Assembly: GCA_001767195.1 (NCBI GenBank)
Contig: MEKU01000019.1
Coordinates: 64,088 to 128,087, forward strand
Direction: 5' to 3'
Length of the DNA: 64,000 bases
Source of the DNA: Acidobacteria bacterium RIFCSPLOWO2_02_FULL_67_21
GTDB lineage: Bacteria; Acidobacteriota; Vicinamibacteria; Vicinamibacterales; UBA2999
In this document: positions 15,915-25,118 of the stretch, piece after piece
How the letters are laid out: each line of letters starts with the position of its first letter
Position numbering within the stretch: the first letter of the stretch is position 1
The notes under the pieces: model-generated
Told to the model about the DNA's origin: nothing
Database searches by the model: none
What the model saw: only the letters and a program-made list of their open reading frames with translations
Made by a program: the position numbers and the translations under genes

Positions 15915-17180
15915 TCAGGCGGCCCGCGGCCCGCCGCGGCCGGGGAGCAGGCTCAGAAGAAAGCGCTCGTGCTCGGCGAGGATCTTGCGCTGGTCGAAAT
16001 GCTCTTCCGCGTACGCGCGGTTCCGCGCGCCAAGCGCGGCCAGCGCGTCCGGTGTCAGCGCCTGCAGGCGCTCGACGGCCGCTGCCAGCGCATCCGGGTC
16101 CTCGGGCGTGACGATCGGGCCTCCACCGGCGCCGCGAAGGACATCGGCCGCCTGGCTGCCTGGGTTGACGGCGGCCACCACCGGTCGTCCCGACGCCATG
16201 TAGGTCAGCAGCTTTGACGGAATGACCGTGTCCTTCACCGTGTGCAGCTGGTTCAGCAGCAGCGCGTCGGCGGCCGCGAACATGCGCGCCACCTCCTCAT
16301 CGCGTTGGAACGGCACGAACCGGACGGCGTCTTCGAGGCGCTGGGCACGTACTGCGGCGACCAGGTCTTCCTTGGCTTCGCCCTCCCCGACCAGCACCCA
16401 GCACAGGCGCGACCCGCGCCTGCGCGCGGCGGCAGCAACGACGTTCAGCAGACCCTGTTTGCGGCCCATGCTACCCGCATGCAGGGCGACAAAGGCGTCA
16501 GCGTCGATGCCGTAGCGCGCGCGAAAGGCCTCGTCCCGCGCGACCGGCCTGACCGACTCGACGTCGATCGGGTCGCGGGCCACCCGGATGCGGTCGGCGG
16601 TGTAGCCATGCTCGACCAGCGCCTCTGCGAAGCTGGGCGAGAGCACGTTGGCGCCGGCCGCTCCCCGGTACGCCGCGAACTCGAATGCGTCGAGCACGGG
16701 ATAGAGACGCCGGCCCACGATGCCGACCTCGCGGCCGAGCTGGGCCGCAAGGTCGGTAATGTTCACCACGTAAGGCCGGCCGGCAAGCGCCGAGACGATC
16801 CGCACGAGCATCGCGATCGCCGGCTGCGCCCCGTGGTAGATCACGGCGTCGGGCCGGCCGCGGCGCAGGAGCGCAGCGATCATCACGGCCCCGTGGACGA
16901 TGGCGAACGACCCCTCCATGGCGATACGCTGCCAGGCGCTCGAGGGGCGGCGCGGGATGAAATGCGTGGCTCGATGGATGGTCAGCCGGCCGGCACGCTC
17001 CGTCGCGATCAACTGCCCGCGATACTGATGGTAACGGCGCCAATGAGGGGCGAATGGAAACCCCGTGAAGACATCGACCCGGTGCCCGCGCTGCGCCAGG
17101 TGTTGAGCGAGCGCCGCGACCCGCGGTGCAAACCCGCTCGGCTCGGGCGGGTAATTCAGCGTGGCGATGAACACATGCAC
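15915..17180 (-). CDS. Glycosyltransferase family 4, WcaI-like
   Basis: N-terminus MHVFIATLNYPPEPSGFAPRVAALAQHL is typical of WcaI-type GT-B enzymes. The C-terminal nucleotide-sugar-binding half is present. Confidence 0.85.
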   Translation of the reverse strand: MHVFIATLNYPPEPSGFAPRVAALAQHLAQRGHRVDVFTGFPFAPHWRRYHQYRGQLIATERAGRLTIHRATHFIPRRPSSAWQRIAMEGSFAIVHGAVMIAALLRRGRPDAVIYHGAQPAIAMLVRIVSALAGRPYVVNITDLAAQLGREVGIVGRRLYPVLDAFEFAAYRGAAGANVLSPSFAEALVEHGYTADRIRVARDPIDVESVRPVARDEAFRARYGIDADAFVALHAGSMGRKQGLLNVVAAAARRRGSRLCWVLVGEGEAKEDLVAAVRAQRLEDAVRFVPFQRDEEVARMFAAADALLLNQLHTVKDTVIPSKLLTYMASGRPVVAAVNPGSQAADVLRGAGGGPIVTPEDPDALAAAVERLQALTPDALAALGARNRAYAEEHFDQRKILAEHERFLLSLLPGRGGPRAA

Positions 17181-17185
17181 GGCAG

Positions 17186-17758
17186 TCAGGACAAATCGGC
17201 CGCGCCCGGCTTGATGCCTTCGACGTACAACGTATGGCGGTCGTCGGCGCGATCCTTCGGTCCCAGCGCATCCAGTGGGAGCAGCTCCGACTGGCCGCCT
17301 GCCGACTGCCGTACCCCCTGAAATCCGGCGGCCGTCAGGAGCCGCTGAAGGTATTCGAAGTCCAGCACGATGGGATGGTTGCCGTTGTCAGTGATGCGTG
17401 CGATGAACCGCTTTGCCACCGGCTCGGCCTGATCCAGCCAGTCCGCAAACGCGAAATCGTGATGGAGGTACTGCTGGACCGCAGATTCGAGCGACGGTAC
17501 CCCGATCCGTACGACGACGCCCCGTTTCAGGACCCTCAGGCACTGTCGAAGGATCCCCCGCAGGTCCAGCCAGAGATCGGCTCCAGAAAATGGACTGATG
17601 TCGATATTGATCCAGCCGGGCAGCGGCTGGCGTCCCGCTCCGAGATGAAGCCGCCCGCCGTCGGGCACGCGACACGAGCGAAGGCGGTACTGCGCGGACG
17701 CGACGCGCGTCGTGATGCGGAGCGCCACATGAACCGCACGACGTACGCGCCGGTGCAT
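17186..17758 (-). CDS. Class I methyltransferase-like protein, possibly degenerate
   Basis: LHLGAGRQPLPGWINIDI (motif I) runs almost directly into LRVLKRGVVVRIGVP (post-motif III). The usual 25-30 residues between them seem to be missing. Start uncertain: ATG 17758 or GTG 17803. The track start 17968 would overlap the epimerase gene. Confidence 0.55.
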   Translation of the reverse strand: MHRRVRRAVHVALRITTRVASAQYRLRSCRVPDGGRLHLGAGRQPLPGWINIDISPFSGADLWLDLRGILRQCLRVLKRGVVVRIGVPSLESAVQQYLHHDFAFADWLDQAEPVAKRFIARITDNGNHPIVLDFEYLQRLLTAAGFQGVRQSAGGQSELLPLDALGPKDRADDRHTLYVEGIKPGAADLS

Positions 17759-17886
17759 GCTGTCGTGCCGGCGGTCGTAGAGCCAGGAGCTGCCCCGCAG
17801 CACGCGGTACAGGCGTTGAGAGACGCTGGTCGCATCGCTTCGTCGGTCGCGAGTATGCTCGAGCGGAGCGTCGTCGCGGCGTACCG

Positions 17887-18885
17887 CTAGGATGATCGCA
17901 CCATCCGATCGTGAATCCAGCGGTACGTCGCTTCCATGCCGTCGCGGAGCCGTGTCGGCGGGCCCCACCCGAGCGTCTTCCGGATCAGCGTGTTGTCGCT
18001 GCTGCGGCCGCGCACGCCCTTCGGCGCGTTCGGGTTGTACTGCCGCTTGAGCCGGACGCCGGCGATCTCCTCGACCATGTCGACGAGTCGATTGATCGTG
18101 ACGAGCTCGTCGCTGCCGATGTTGATCGGGTCGTGACAGCCGCTGGCCATCAGGGCCTGTGTCCCGAACAGGCAGTCGTCGATGAACATGAAGCTGCGCG
18201 TCTGCTCGCCGTCGCCCCAGATCTCGATCGTGTCGCTGCCGGTCAGGATGGCGCTGATGACCTTCCGGCAGATCGCCGCTGGCGCCTTCTCGCGGCCGCC
18301 GTCGTAGGATCCGTGCGGGCCGTAGACGTTGTGATAGCGGGCGATGCGCGTGTCGAGACCGAAGTCCTCACGGAAATGGCGGCACATGCGCTCGCTGAAC
18401 AGCTTCTCCCAGCCGTACCCGTCTTCGGGCATGGCGGGGTAGGCGTCCTCCTCCCTGAGCGGCGCGACGTCGGGCCTCGTCTGCTTGTGCGCGGCGTAGA
18501 CGCAGGCGGACGAGGAGAAGAAGTAGCGCTCGGCGCCGGCGTCCCGGGCGGCCATCAGCATCTGCGTGTTGATGAGGACCGACAGCATGCACTCGGCCTT
18601 GTGCGTCTCGATGAAGCCCATGCCGCCCATGTCGCACGCCAGGTTGTAGATGTCGCGCGCGCCGCGCGTCGCCTCGACGCACGCATCGCGGGCGCGCAGA
18701 TCGAGGCGCCGGTTGTCGGCCTCGGGCAGCACCTGGAACCACTCGTCGACCGGCTTGATGTCGACCGCCCGCACGCGCTGATACCCTGAGCGCCACAAGT
18801 CGGCGACAAGATGCCCGCCGATGAACCCGCCGGCGCCGGTGATGACGATGAGACTGTCCGTGTCAGAAGCCTGGTTATCACTCAT
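17887..18885 (-). CDS. gme: GDP-mannose 3,5-epimerase homologue
   Basis: NLACDMGGMGFI, SSACVY, DGYGWEKL, RYHNVYGP, GGREKAPAAICRK, WGDGEQTRSF, NIGSDE and GVRGRSSDN align block for block with plant GME as I remember it. ATG 18885 overlaps the end of the upstream gene by 8 nt. Confidence 0.85.
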   Translation of the reverse strand: MSDNQASDTDSLIVITGAGGFIGGHLVADLWRSGYQRVRAVDIKPVDEWFQVLPEADNRRLDLRARDACVEATRGARDIYNLACDMGGMGFIETHKAECMLSVLINTQMLMAARDAGAERYFFSSSACVYAAHKQTRPDVAPLREEDAYPAMPEDGYGWEKLFSERMCRHFREDFGLDTRIARYHNVYGPHGSYDGGREKAPAAICRKVISAILTGSDTIEIWGDGEQTRSFMFIDDCLFGTQALMASGCHDPINIGSDELVTINRLVDMVEEIAGVRLKRQYNPNAPKGVRGRSSDNTLIRKTLGWGPPTRLRDGMEATYRWIHDRMVRSS

Positions 18886-20470
18886 GGGTACAGGACCATA
18901 CGTCGAAGAGGTCGCCACGCTCGACGAGCCGATAGCGCCTCGAGAAGAGATCGCGGAATCGCTCTGGAAATACCGGACGAGACTGATGATAGAAGTTCAC
19001 GAAGAGCCGACTCGGTTCCAGGAAAGGCTTCTGCCCTGATGGGATCAGCCAGGTTCTGGTTTCGCACGCCTCCAGATACTGAAGCGTGGCTTCCGGAATC
19101 CCTACTCCTACCAGCTGGTATTCCTCGAGAGCAAACCGATCCACCGTGTGGGGATGTCCGTCCAAGACGAGCAGTGCGCGGAACAAGGTGGCCTCGTCGA
19201 GCCGCTCCCCATAACCGATTTCGATTGTCCCATCACCATAGCGGCGGGCGATGTCGCGAAGCTCGGCGATCGTCCGGCTATGTCGTGGCACCAGCCCGAA
19301 TTCCCTCCGCACCTGAGACACGGTTCCGCCGCCGGCAAACAAGATGAACGCGAGCAGTGTCAGCGCGAAGGGGGCGGCCAGCGTGGCAATTCTCCGTTCG
19401 GCGGCAGGCCGGGCTTCTCCCGGCAGGAGGGCCCTGCGCCAGAAAAACGCGTGAATGACGAACGGAAGCAGCGGCATCAGGTGCCAGTTCCCCGACCCTA
19501 TCTTGCCTCCCGTCACCGCGGCGATCACCAACGCGATCGCAATCGAGAGGACGTAGACCGACGCCATCGGTTCTGCCGGCCTGCCGGTCGGCCGGACCAC
19601 CAGGACGGGAAGCAACAGCAGCGAGGCCCACTGCAGGTTGCGCGACACAGCGTCGAGGGTCACTCCCTCCCGCGCAACCAACGACAAGAGGTCGATGTAA
19701 TTCGCCAGTGAGACGTTCGGCAACAGAAATGGCAGGAAGAAGACGACCCCGCCGAGAGGCGCGGCCGCGGCCACCGAACGCCATCCATACCGCATCCAGA
19801 CGAGAACGGCCAGTGGCAGCACCGCGCAGGCGGCCGTGAGCTTCAAGTTGGGTACGACGCCGGCGATTACTCCAAGCGTTGACACCGCCACGGCCCGGCG
19901 GTGATGCAGGGCGCCGACGACGCCTGCCGCGGTGCTGGCCACCAGCGATGGATCGGTCGTCGCGTCGAAGCTGCTGAAATGGAAGAACAGCAACGCCAGC
20001 GCGCCGGCACCGAGCCCGAGAATCGCTTCCTCGCGTCTGGCGTACCGGCGGCCTACATAATAGGCGGCCGACAGAGTGATCAGCAGGGCGAGAACGCCCG
20101 TGAGCTTGGCGCTCGTCAACGAGCGACCAAAGACCGCATAGAAGGGAACGAACTTCAGATAGGCGAGCGGGCCGTAGAGCATGCCGTACCGCTGCGCCGC
20201 ATCGAGCTCCGGATAGACCGGCAGTCCTCGCGCCGCGACTGCGCCTGTTGCCGGCCCAACCGCGGAGAAGCCCCAGGGCAACACCGGCCATATCAGGTAC
20301 GCTCCCGCAATCGCCAGCAGGACAGCCACGACCGTGAGCCCGAACCACTTCCAAAGGGTGCGAGATGGCACCAGGCGATCGCCGGCGATCGCGCGTACGG
20401 CGGACGTTGCAAGCAGCATCAGACCGAAGAACAGCAGCGGGAACTGCAGCGCGAGATTGCGAAACGTCAC
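18878..20470 (-). CDS. Polytopic membrane protein with a C-terminal soluble domain (GT-C-like transferase or polymerase candidate)
   Basis: 530 aa with about 11 hydrophobic helices in the first 400 residues, then a soluble tail. I recognise no diagnostic motif. Confidence 0.7.
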   Translation of the reverse strand: MTFRNLALQFPLLFFGLMLLATSAVRAIAGDRLVPSRTLWKWFGLTVVAVLLAIAGAYLIWPVLPWGFSAVGPATGAVAARGLPVYPELDAAQRYGMLYGPLAYLKFVPFYAVFGRSLTSAKLTGVLALLITLSAAYYVGRRYARREEAILGLGAGALALLFFHFSSFDATTDPSLVASTAAGVVGALHHRRAVAVSTLGVIAGVVPNLKLTAACAVLPLAVLVWMRYGWRSVAAAAPLGGVVFFLPFLLPNVSLANYIDLLSLVAREGVTLDAVSRNLQWASLLLLPVLVVRPTGRPAEPMASVYVLSIAIALVIAAVTGGKIGSGNWHLMPLLPFVIHAFFWRRALLPGEARPAAERRIATLAAPFALTLLAFILFAGGGTVSQVRREFGLVPRHSRTIAELRDIARRYGDGTIEIGYGERLDEATLFRALLVLDGHPHTVDRFALEEYQLVGVGIPEATLQYLEACETRTWLIPSGQKPFLEPSRLFVNFYHQSRPVFPERFRDLFSRRYRLVERGDLFDVWSCTHE

Positions 20471-21267
20471 GTGGCGCGCCGGACGGAATCGAACGCATAG
20501 CTCCGGTCATCCAGGAACCGCGGGATCCGCTCATCCCCGATCGGATCGACGGCGACGGCGGCGGTCGAATAGCCAATCTCCCGCAGCAGCGCCAGGAGGC
20601 GGCCACGATCGACGCCGGCGTGCAGTTCCACCACGAGCCGCGGACGCCACCGATCGAGCGCCTCCCGCATGCCGCTCAGCACCTCGACCTCCATCCCCTG
20701 GACGTCCACCTTGACCCCGTGGATCGTCGGCTCGCCCTTGTGCAGCAGCGGCCAGACCCAGTCGAACCGCGCCACCGGTACCGTGACCACCGGCCGCCGT
20801 GCGCGGAGTGGCAGGGTCGAGTCGGCCATCCCGCGTGCAAGCGGGAGACGCCGGATCTCGAGCGCTTCCGGGGATCCCAACCCGAGCGGCACCACCGCGA
20901 TCTGTACGAGGCCATTGAGCTCCCGTCCACGGTCCATGTAGCCAGCCGTGGCTGCCACCGGCTCGAAAGTGAACACCCGGCCGCGTGGGCCGACCATGCG
21001 CGCCAGCGCGAACGCGGTGTAGCCGTAGTGCGCGCCGACATCGAGCCAGGTGTCACCGGGCCGGACGTGGCGCTGGAACCACTCGAGCAGCGCGCGTTCG
21101 GTGCGGCCCATGAGACCGCCGGAATAGTCGTGCCAGGAGGTCACCAGCCACGCGCCACGGAGCGGCCCGCCCAGGATGTGGCGTGGCCGGATTGTGCGCG
21201 GCAGCAACGGTCGGAGCCAGTGCCTCATTCGCGACGCGCGTCGGTCACGACCTGATTCCGGTATCAC
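20467..21267 (-). CDS. FkbM-family methyltransferase
   Basis: WLDVGAHYGYTAFALA..VFTFEPV..IHGVKVDVQGMEVEVL. GTGA overlap upstream and ATGA overlap downstream. Confidence 0.85.
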   Translation of the reverse strand: MIPESGRDRRASRMRHWLRPLLPRTIRPRHILGGPLRGAWLVTSWHDYSGGLMGRTERALLEWFQRHVRPGDTWLDVGAHYGYTAFALARMVGPRGRVFTFEPVAATAGYMDRGRELNGLVQIAVVPLGLGSPEALEIRRLPLARGMADSTLPLRARRPVVTVPVARFDWVWPLLHKGEPTIHGVKVDVQGMEVEVLSGMREALDRWRPRLVVELHAGVDRGRLLALLREIGYSTAAVAVDPIGDERIPRFLDDRSYAFDSVRRAT

Positions 21268-22472
21268 TGACGGCTACGCGTGTCCGCCAGCAGCTCCGCA
21301 TAGATGGTCGCCGTGCGGGCGGCGGTCGCCGTCCATGTGAATTGCGCAGCGCGCTGACGGCCCCGCTGCCGGAGCTCCGCGGCCAGCCCGGTGTCGGTGA
21401 GGATCCGCTCGGTCGCGGCCGCGAGCGCGGACATGTCGCCGGGCGGCACGAGGAGACCCGCCGTACCGACAACTTCCGCGACTGGTGGAATGTCGAACGC
21501 CACGACAGGAGTTCCACAGGCCATCGCCTCCAGCGGCGGCCACCCGAAGCCCTCCCAGGCGGACGGGAACACCAGGACGTCAGCGGCGTTGTACCACTCC
21601 GTGAGAAGCTGGTCCGTTGCCACGTCGCCAAGGTGCCGGAGACAGTCCGCCACGCCAAGCGTTCGGGCGAGGTGCGCCTCGTCCGGCAACAGCGGCGCGC
21701 CGACCCGCAGGAGGACCAGGTCGGGCACGCGCGGGCGCAGGCCGGCAATGGCGTGCAGGAGCGTGGCGGTGTTCTTGTAGCGCCCGGCCGTAGCCACTTG
21801 AAGCACGACGGGCGTCGTGTCCCTCAGGCCGGCTGCCGCGCGTCGGGTGGCTCTCGCATCCGGCAGAAATCTGAACGTGGCGTTCAGCCCGTTCGGCACC
21901 ACCGTGACGCGGCTCGGGTCCACGGCTGTGTACCGTTCGAGCGTCACTTTCGTGGCGGTCGAGACCGCGATGATGCGCCGTGCCTTCGTGAGGTAGGCGA
22001 TCTTCCGCCTGAAGATCCAGGCGGCTCTTGCCGACACCGGCGACGGAATCGCTCCCTGGGCGGCCAGCAGAGGAATGATGTCGTGGCACGTCACGATCGT
22101 GCGGGCGGGATCGAGGCTTCGAATGAGATGCGCGTAGCCCTGGTCGAGGATGTGGAAGACCGCGGCCGAGCGCTGTTTCAGCACACCCGGGTAGGTCACC
22201 CACCGGCACCACGCTCGATCGATTCGGCGCGCCCCGTTGGCGTCGGCGAGTCGCGACAGGTACCGGCGGTCGGGTGGCCGCTCCATCGCGATCGCGAGAC
22301 CATCGCTCGTCGACGCGCGCAGTGCGGCATGCAGTTCTTCCGCATAGCGCTTCATGCTCCGGCTGTCGTCAGAGAGCAGCCCCGGGAGCAGCAGAACGCA
22401 CCGGTTGCCTGCGCCTGCCGGGCTCACGCGGCGGCGAACGCCGCCGCGAATCGGGCGGCAATGGCGTCCCAC
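21264..22472 (-). CDS. Glycosyltransferase family 4 (GT-B)
   Basis: VFPSAWEGFGWPPLEAMACGTPVV. The GTG start and first ~24 codons lie inside direct repeat A. Confidence 0.85.
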   Translation of the reverse strand: MGRHCRPIRGGVRRRVSPAGAGNRCVLLLPGLLSDDSRSMKRYAEELHAALRASTSDGLAIAMERPPDRRYLSRLADANGARRIDRAWCRWVTYPGVLKQRSAAVFHILDQGYAHLIRSLDPARTIVTCHDIIPLLAAQGAIPSPVSARAAWIFRRKIAYLTKARRIIAVSTATKVTLERYTAVDPSRVTVVPNGLNATFRFLPDARATRRAAAGLRDTTPVVLQVATAGRYKNTATLLHAIAGLRPRVPDLVLLRVGAPLLPDEAHLARTLGVADCLRHLGDVATDQLLTEWYNAADVLVFPSAWEGFGWPPLEAMACGTPVVAFDIPPVAEVVGTAGLLVPPGDMSALAAATERILTDTGLAAELRQRGRQRAAQFTWTATAARTATIYAELLADTRSRQ

Positions 22473-22490
22473 GACAAATAGCGATGGAGC
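22401..22490. repeat. Direct repeat A (90 bp), left boundary of the low-GC cassette
   Basis: 86/90 identical to 27253-27342 by hand alignment. It encodes an orphan copy of a GT C-terminus (LHRYLSWDAIAARFAAAFAAA*). Confidence 0.9.
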
Positions 22491-22514
22491 ATAACGCTTG
22501 TTCTCGGCCCCTGC

Positions 22515-22601
22515 TCAGCCCCTTCCCGTACGACAGAAGAGATCGCGGGCGGCCCCGATCAGGAACTTCCCGATCCACGCGGGCCGATAATAGTAGCTCA
22601 T
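22515..22601 (-). CDS. 28-codon ORF translationally coupled to the ACP-like gene (possibly the 5' stub of a gene truncated at the cassette edge)
   Basis: GAGGAGG lies 8 nt upstream of an ATG that overlaps the upstream stop (ATGA). The peptide is MSYYYRPAWIGKFLIGAARDLFCRTGRG. Confidence 0.25.
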   Translation of the reverse strand: MSYYYRPAWIGKFLIGAARDLFCRTGRG

Positions 22602-22915
22602 AGGTGCAGCCTCCTCACTGGTTGGTGTGGTAACCCCAGCATGAGGCTGTTGTTGTCCCTTGTCGATCCCTTCGCGCGATTTAGGCATCGCTCCGCCCGT
22701 GCATGAGTGATGTACAAAGAGATCGTGAGACTTAACTTCTCCATGATCTCTTGTTCGGTGGCAACGATGAGGCTCACCAGCATGAGCGAACCCGGCTTCC
22801 CCTCTGCGCCAAAGACGACCGCGTCAGGAGACAGGTCCAGTCGCTCATCAGGGGACAGTTGCTGATTGATCTCCGTGACGGCGGAAAGAACCGCCGCCAG
22901 CACTCTGTCATCCAT
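22598..22915 (-). CDS. Acyl/peptidyl-carrier-protein-like small protein
   Basis: VFGAEGKPGSLMLVSLIVATEQEIMEKL resembles the ACP/DltC helix-II region, with the Ser of GSL as a candidate phosphopantetheine site. ATG 22915 overlaps the TGA of the radical SAM gene. The C-terminal ~35 residues look atypical. Confidence 0.5.
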   Translation of the reverse strand: MDDRVLAAVLSAVTEINQQLSPDERLDLSPDAVVFGAEGKPGSLMLVSLIVATEQEIMEKLSLTISLYITHARAERCLNRAKGSTRDNNSLMLGLPHQPVRRLHL

Positions 22916-24429
22916 CAAGACGAAGACACCCTGAGGATGTGGGGAGGAAAGGCGCCCTGCATTCCCATGGAGTGCTCGTAACGCGCCGACGCCCGCGCGG
23001 GATTGAATGGAATGTTCAGCGCCTTTCGGACGCCTCGTTCGATTGAGTCCCGGGCCGCGACAAGCTCCGCGCTGCTCATGTAATCCGTAAAGACGAAGGC
23101 CTTGTACCCTCCATCGGGATCGCCTTTGTAGTACTCCGCCACCTCGCTGAAGTCCACGTCATACGCATGAAGACGATCGCCGGTCTTGGGCACCGTGTAG
23201 GTGTACACCCCGGCGAGCTCCTTGTGGGAGACCGCATCGTCGTAGTACGGCGTGCCGGGATAGGTCGTGATGATCGAGCAGTCGAAGTCGGCCGGACGAA
23301 CCTCCAGGAGCCATTCCTGAAGCTCGGCGATGCTCTGGCCGTCTTCACCTGGATGTCCGATGGACATCAAGGCTTTGACCTTTAGGTCATGCCGAGTGGC
23401 GATCTCCATGCATCGAGTATTGTCGTCACGGGCGGCGCGCTTGTTAATGTTCACGAGGATTCGTTGATGTGCCGCCTCGAAGCCCACCAGGAGCCACCGG
23501 AAGCCGGCCCGGTGCATCGCCTCTGCCTGCTGATCGTTGAACAGCTCTGACTTCACGAATCCCCGCAGCCGAAAATCGACGCCGAGCCTGCTCTGCAGAT
23601 CGGCAATCCCATTCATCAGCTCGACCATCGACTTACTGACGTTGAGCTCGTCGTCGTAGAACATGAATCCGGTGTACCCGTAGATGCGGTGCAGCTCTTC
23701 GATCTCATTGACGATCGACTGGCTGGCACGGGTGCGAGTCTGTCGCAGGGTCGCGGAGTTGCGCCCTCCGCAGAAACCGCAGCCGAACGGGCATCCGAGC
23801 TGAGCGATCAGGCTCACAGCGTCCCGTCCCTCGATCTGATACCTGTAGCTGCTCATGTCCACGAGATGACGCGCCGGCAACGGCAGGCTGTCGTATGAGC
23901 TGTCGGTGAGAAAGAGGTGGCCCTTCGGGACATCGGCATCGACGAGCGGGTCGGTCATCTTCAATGCTTCGAACACCGCCAGCTCGCCGTCGCCTGCCAC
24001 CAGGACATCCGCCAGCTCTCTCAGCCGGTCAAATGCCGCGTGCCCTCGGCCTATGGTGTTCAGCTTGGCCTCGCGCTTGCGAGCGGCATTGACCAGCGTG
24101 ACGTGGGGTCCGCCGAGAAGAATGCGTGCGTCCGGCCTGACGTCCCGAATCCGTTCGATGACGGAGCGAGCCGCCGGAAGCTGAGGCGTCGTGGCCGTGA
24201 GGCCACAAATGGTTGCGGCTGACCCTTTGGCGTGATCGCCCGCGGCCTCGAGATAATTCTCAATTCCGGAAAGATCCAGCACCTCGACCTCGTGGCCGGC
24301 ACGTTCAAGCACTGCCGCCACGCGCAGAATGCCCAGGCTGACGAACACGCGCTCGTCAAGGAGGAATACCGACGGGGGAATGATCAGGCAGACCGTCAAT
24401 CGACAACTCGGTACTTCAAGAAGCTCCAC
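22915..24429 (-). CDS. B12-binding-domain radical SAM protein (class B)
   Basis: The N-terminal cobalamin-binding-like Rossmann domain (VCLIIPPSV..LGILRVAAVLERAGHEV) is followed by the cluster motif CPFGCGFC (CxxxCxxC). Alternative TTG start at 24399 overlaps the GT2 stop (TTGA). Confidence 0.85.
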   Translation of the reverse strand: MELLEVPSCRLTVCLIIPPSVFLLDERVFVSLGILRVAAVLERAGHEVEVLDLSGIENYLEAAGDHAKGSAATICGLTATTPQLPAARSVIERIRDVRPDARILLGGPHVTLVNAARKREAKLNTIGRGHAAFDRLRELADVLVAGDGELAVFEALKMTDPLVDADVPKGHLFLTDSSYDSLPLPARHLVDMSSYRYQIEGRDAVSLIAQLGCPFGCGFCGGRNSATLRQTRTRASQSIVNEIEELHRIYGYTGFMFYDDELNVSKSMVELMNGIADLQSRLGVDFRLRGFVKSELFNDQQAEAMHRAGFRWLLVGFEAAHQRILVNINKRAARDDNTRCMEIATRHDLKVKALMSIGHPGEDGQSIAELQEWLLEVRPADFDCSIITTYPGTPYYDDAVSHKELAGVYTYTVPKTGDRLHAYDVDFSEVAEYYKGDPDGGYKAFVFTDYMSSAELVAARDSIERGVRKALNIPFNPARASARYEHSMGMQGAFPPHILRVSSS

Positions 24430-25118
24430 AGCACTTTCCCGGTATGGTACCAGCGCATCTTCTTGCCCTGCTCGTACGTACGCCCGTAATAGGCGATGGG
24501 CACTTCGTAGACAACAAGATTCTTTTTCAGGAGCTTGGCCAGGAACTCTGCGTCGAACTCAAATCCATCGCTGTTGAACGAGAGGCCCTCGAGGCATGAA
24601 CGACGGAACATCTTGTAGCACGTGTACACGTCGTGCAGGGTGGTGTTATACAGAACTCGCGTGACCAGTGTAATCAGGTAGTTGCCCACATAGTGCCAGA
24701 AGTAGTACGCGCGCTGTGGTTTCGCGCCGCTCACCCGCGAACCGAGGACGAGGTCGGCATCGGCTTTCACGATGGGCTCGAGAAGGTCGGTAAAGTCCTG
24801 CGGGTCATACTCGAGATCCGCATCCTGAATGACGATGACGTCGCCGGTCGCGAGGGCGAAACCTGCCTTCAACGCCGCGCCCTTGCCGCGGTTCTGTTCA
24901 AGCAGGATCAGCTTGTCGACCTTGTGCTGCAGCGACGTCAGCACGTCACGCGTACCGTCACTAGATCCGTCGTCGACGACGATGATTTCCATCCGAAGAC
25001 CGACGGCGCGCACGCGATCGATGAGCGTCGCGACGGTTCCCTTTTCGTTGAAGACAGGAATGACGACCGAAACCTTCACGCGATTGACGTCAAGAAGCAC
25101 GGCACGTGTGGTCGTCAC
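24396..25118 (-). CDS. Glycosyltransferase family 2, polyprenol-phosphate hexosyltransferase-like (Dpm1/ArnC/GtrB type)
   Basis: VSVVIPVFNE..IIVVDDGSSDGT..NRGKGAALKAGF..IQDADLEYDP. Short 240-aa soluble form. The start is either GTG 25118 or internal GTG 25079 (giving MKVSVVIPVFNE). Confidence 0.85.
   Translation of the reverse strand: MTTTRAVLLDVNRVKVSVVIPVFNEKGTVATLIDRVRAVGLRMEIIVVDDGSSDGTRDVLTSLQHKVDKLILLEQNRGKGAALKAGFALATGDVIVIQDADLEYDPQDFTDLLEPIVKADADLVLGSRVSGAKPQRAYYFWHYVGNYLITLVTRVLYNTTLHDVYTCYKMFRRSCLEGLSFNSDGFEFDAEFLAKLLKKNLVVYEVPIAYYGRTYEQGKKMRWYHTGKVLWSFLKYRVVD
25080..25118 (-). pseudogene. Possible vapC (PIN toxin) 5' stub, 13 codons in frame with the GT2
   Basis: MTTTRAVLLDVNR resembles the M..LLDVNVL start of PIN toxins. 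It shows the classic 4-nt overlap (GTGA) with the vapB stop. Confidence 0.35.

Noticed and set aside
22515-22601. The 28-aa ORF as a RiPP precursor for the neighbouring radical SAM enzymes
   Set aside because: It has no leader/core organisation, no Cys/Ser/Thr-rich core and only one Cys. No RiPP recognition element, peptidase or exporter is present, and the ORF sits at the cassette boundary. A truncated gene stub is the more economical explanation. It is kept only as a low-confidence feature.
22424-22601. Read-through fusion of the 28-codon ORF with GT 21264..22472 (same frame, separated by one TGA at 22515-22517)
   Set aside because: Frame identity has a one-in-three chance of occurring. 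The intervening AGAENKRYAPSLFV has no GT-like features, and no recoding signals are visible.
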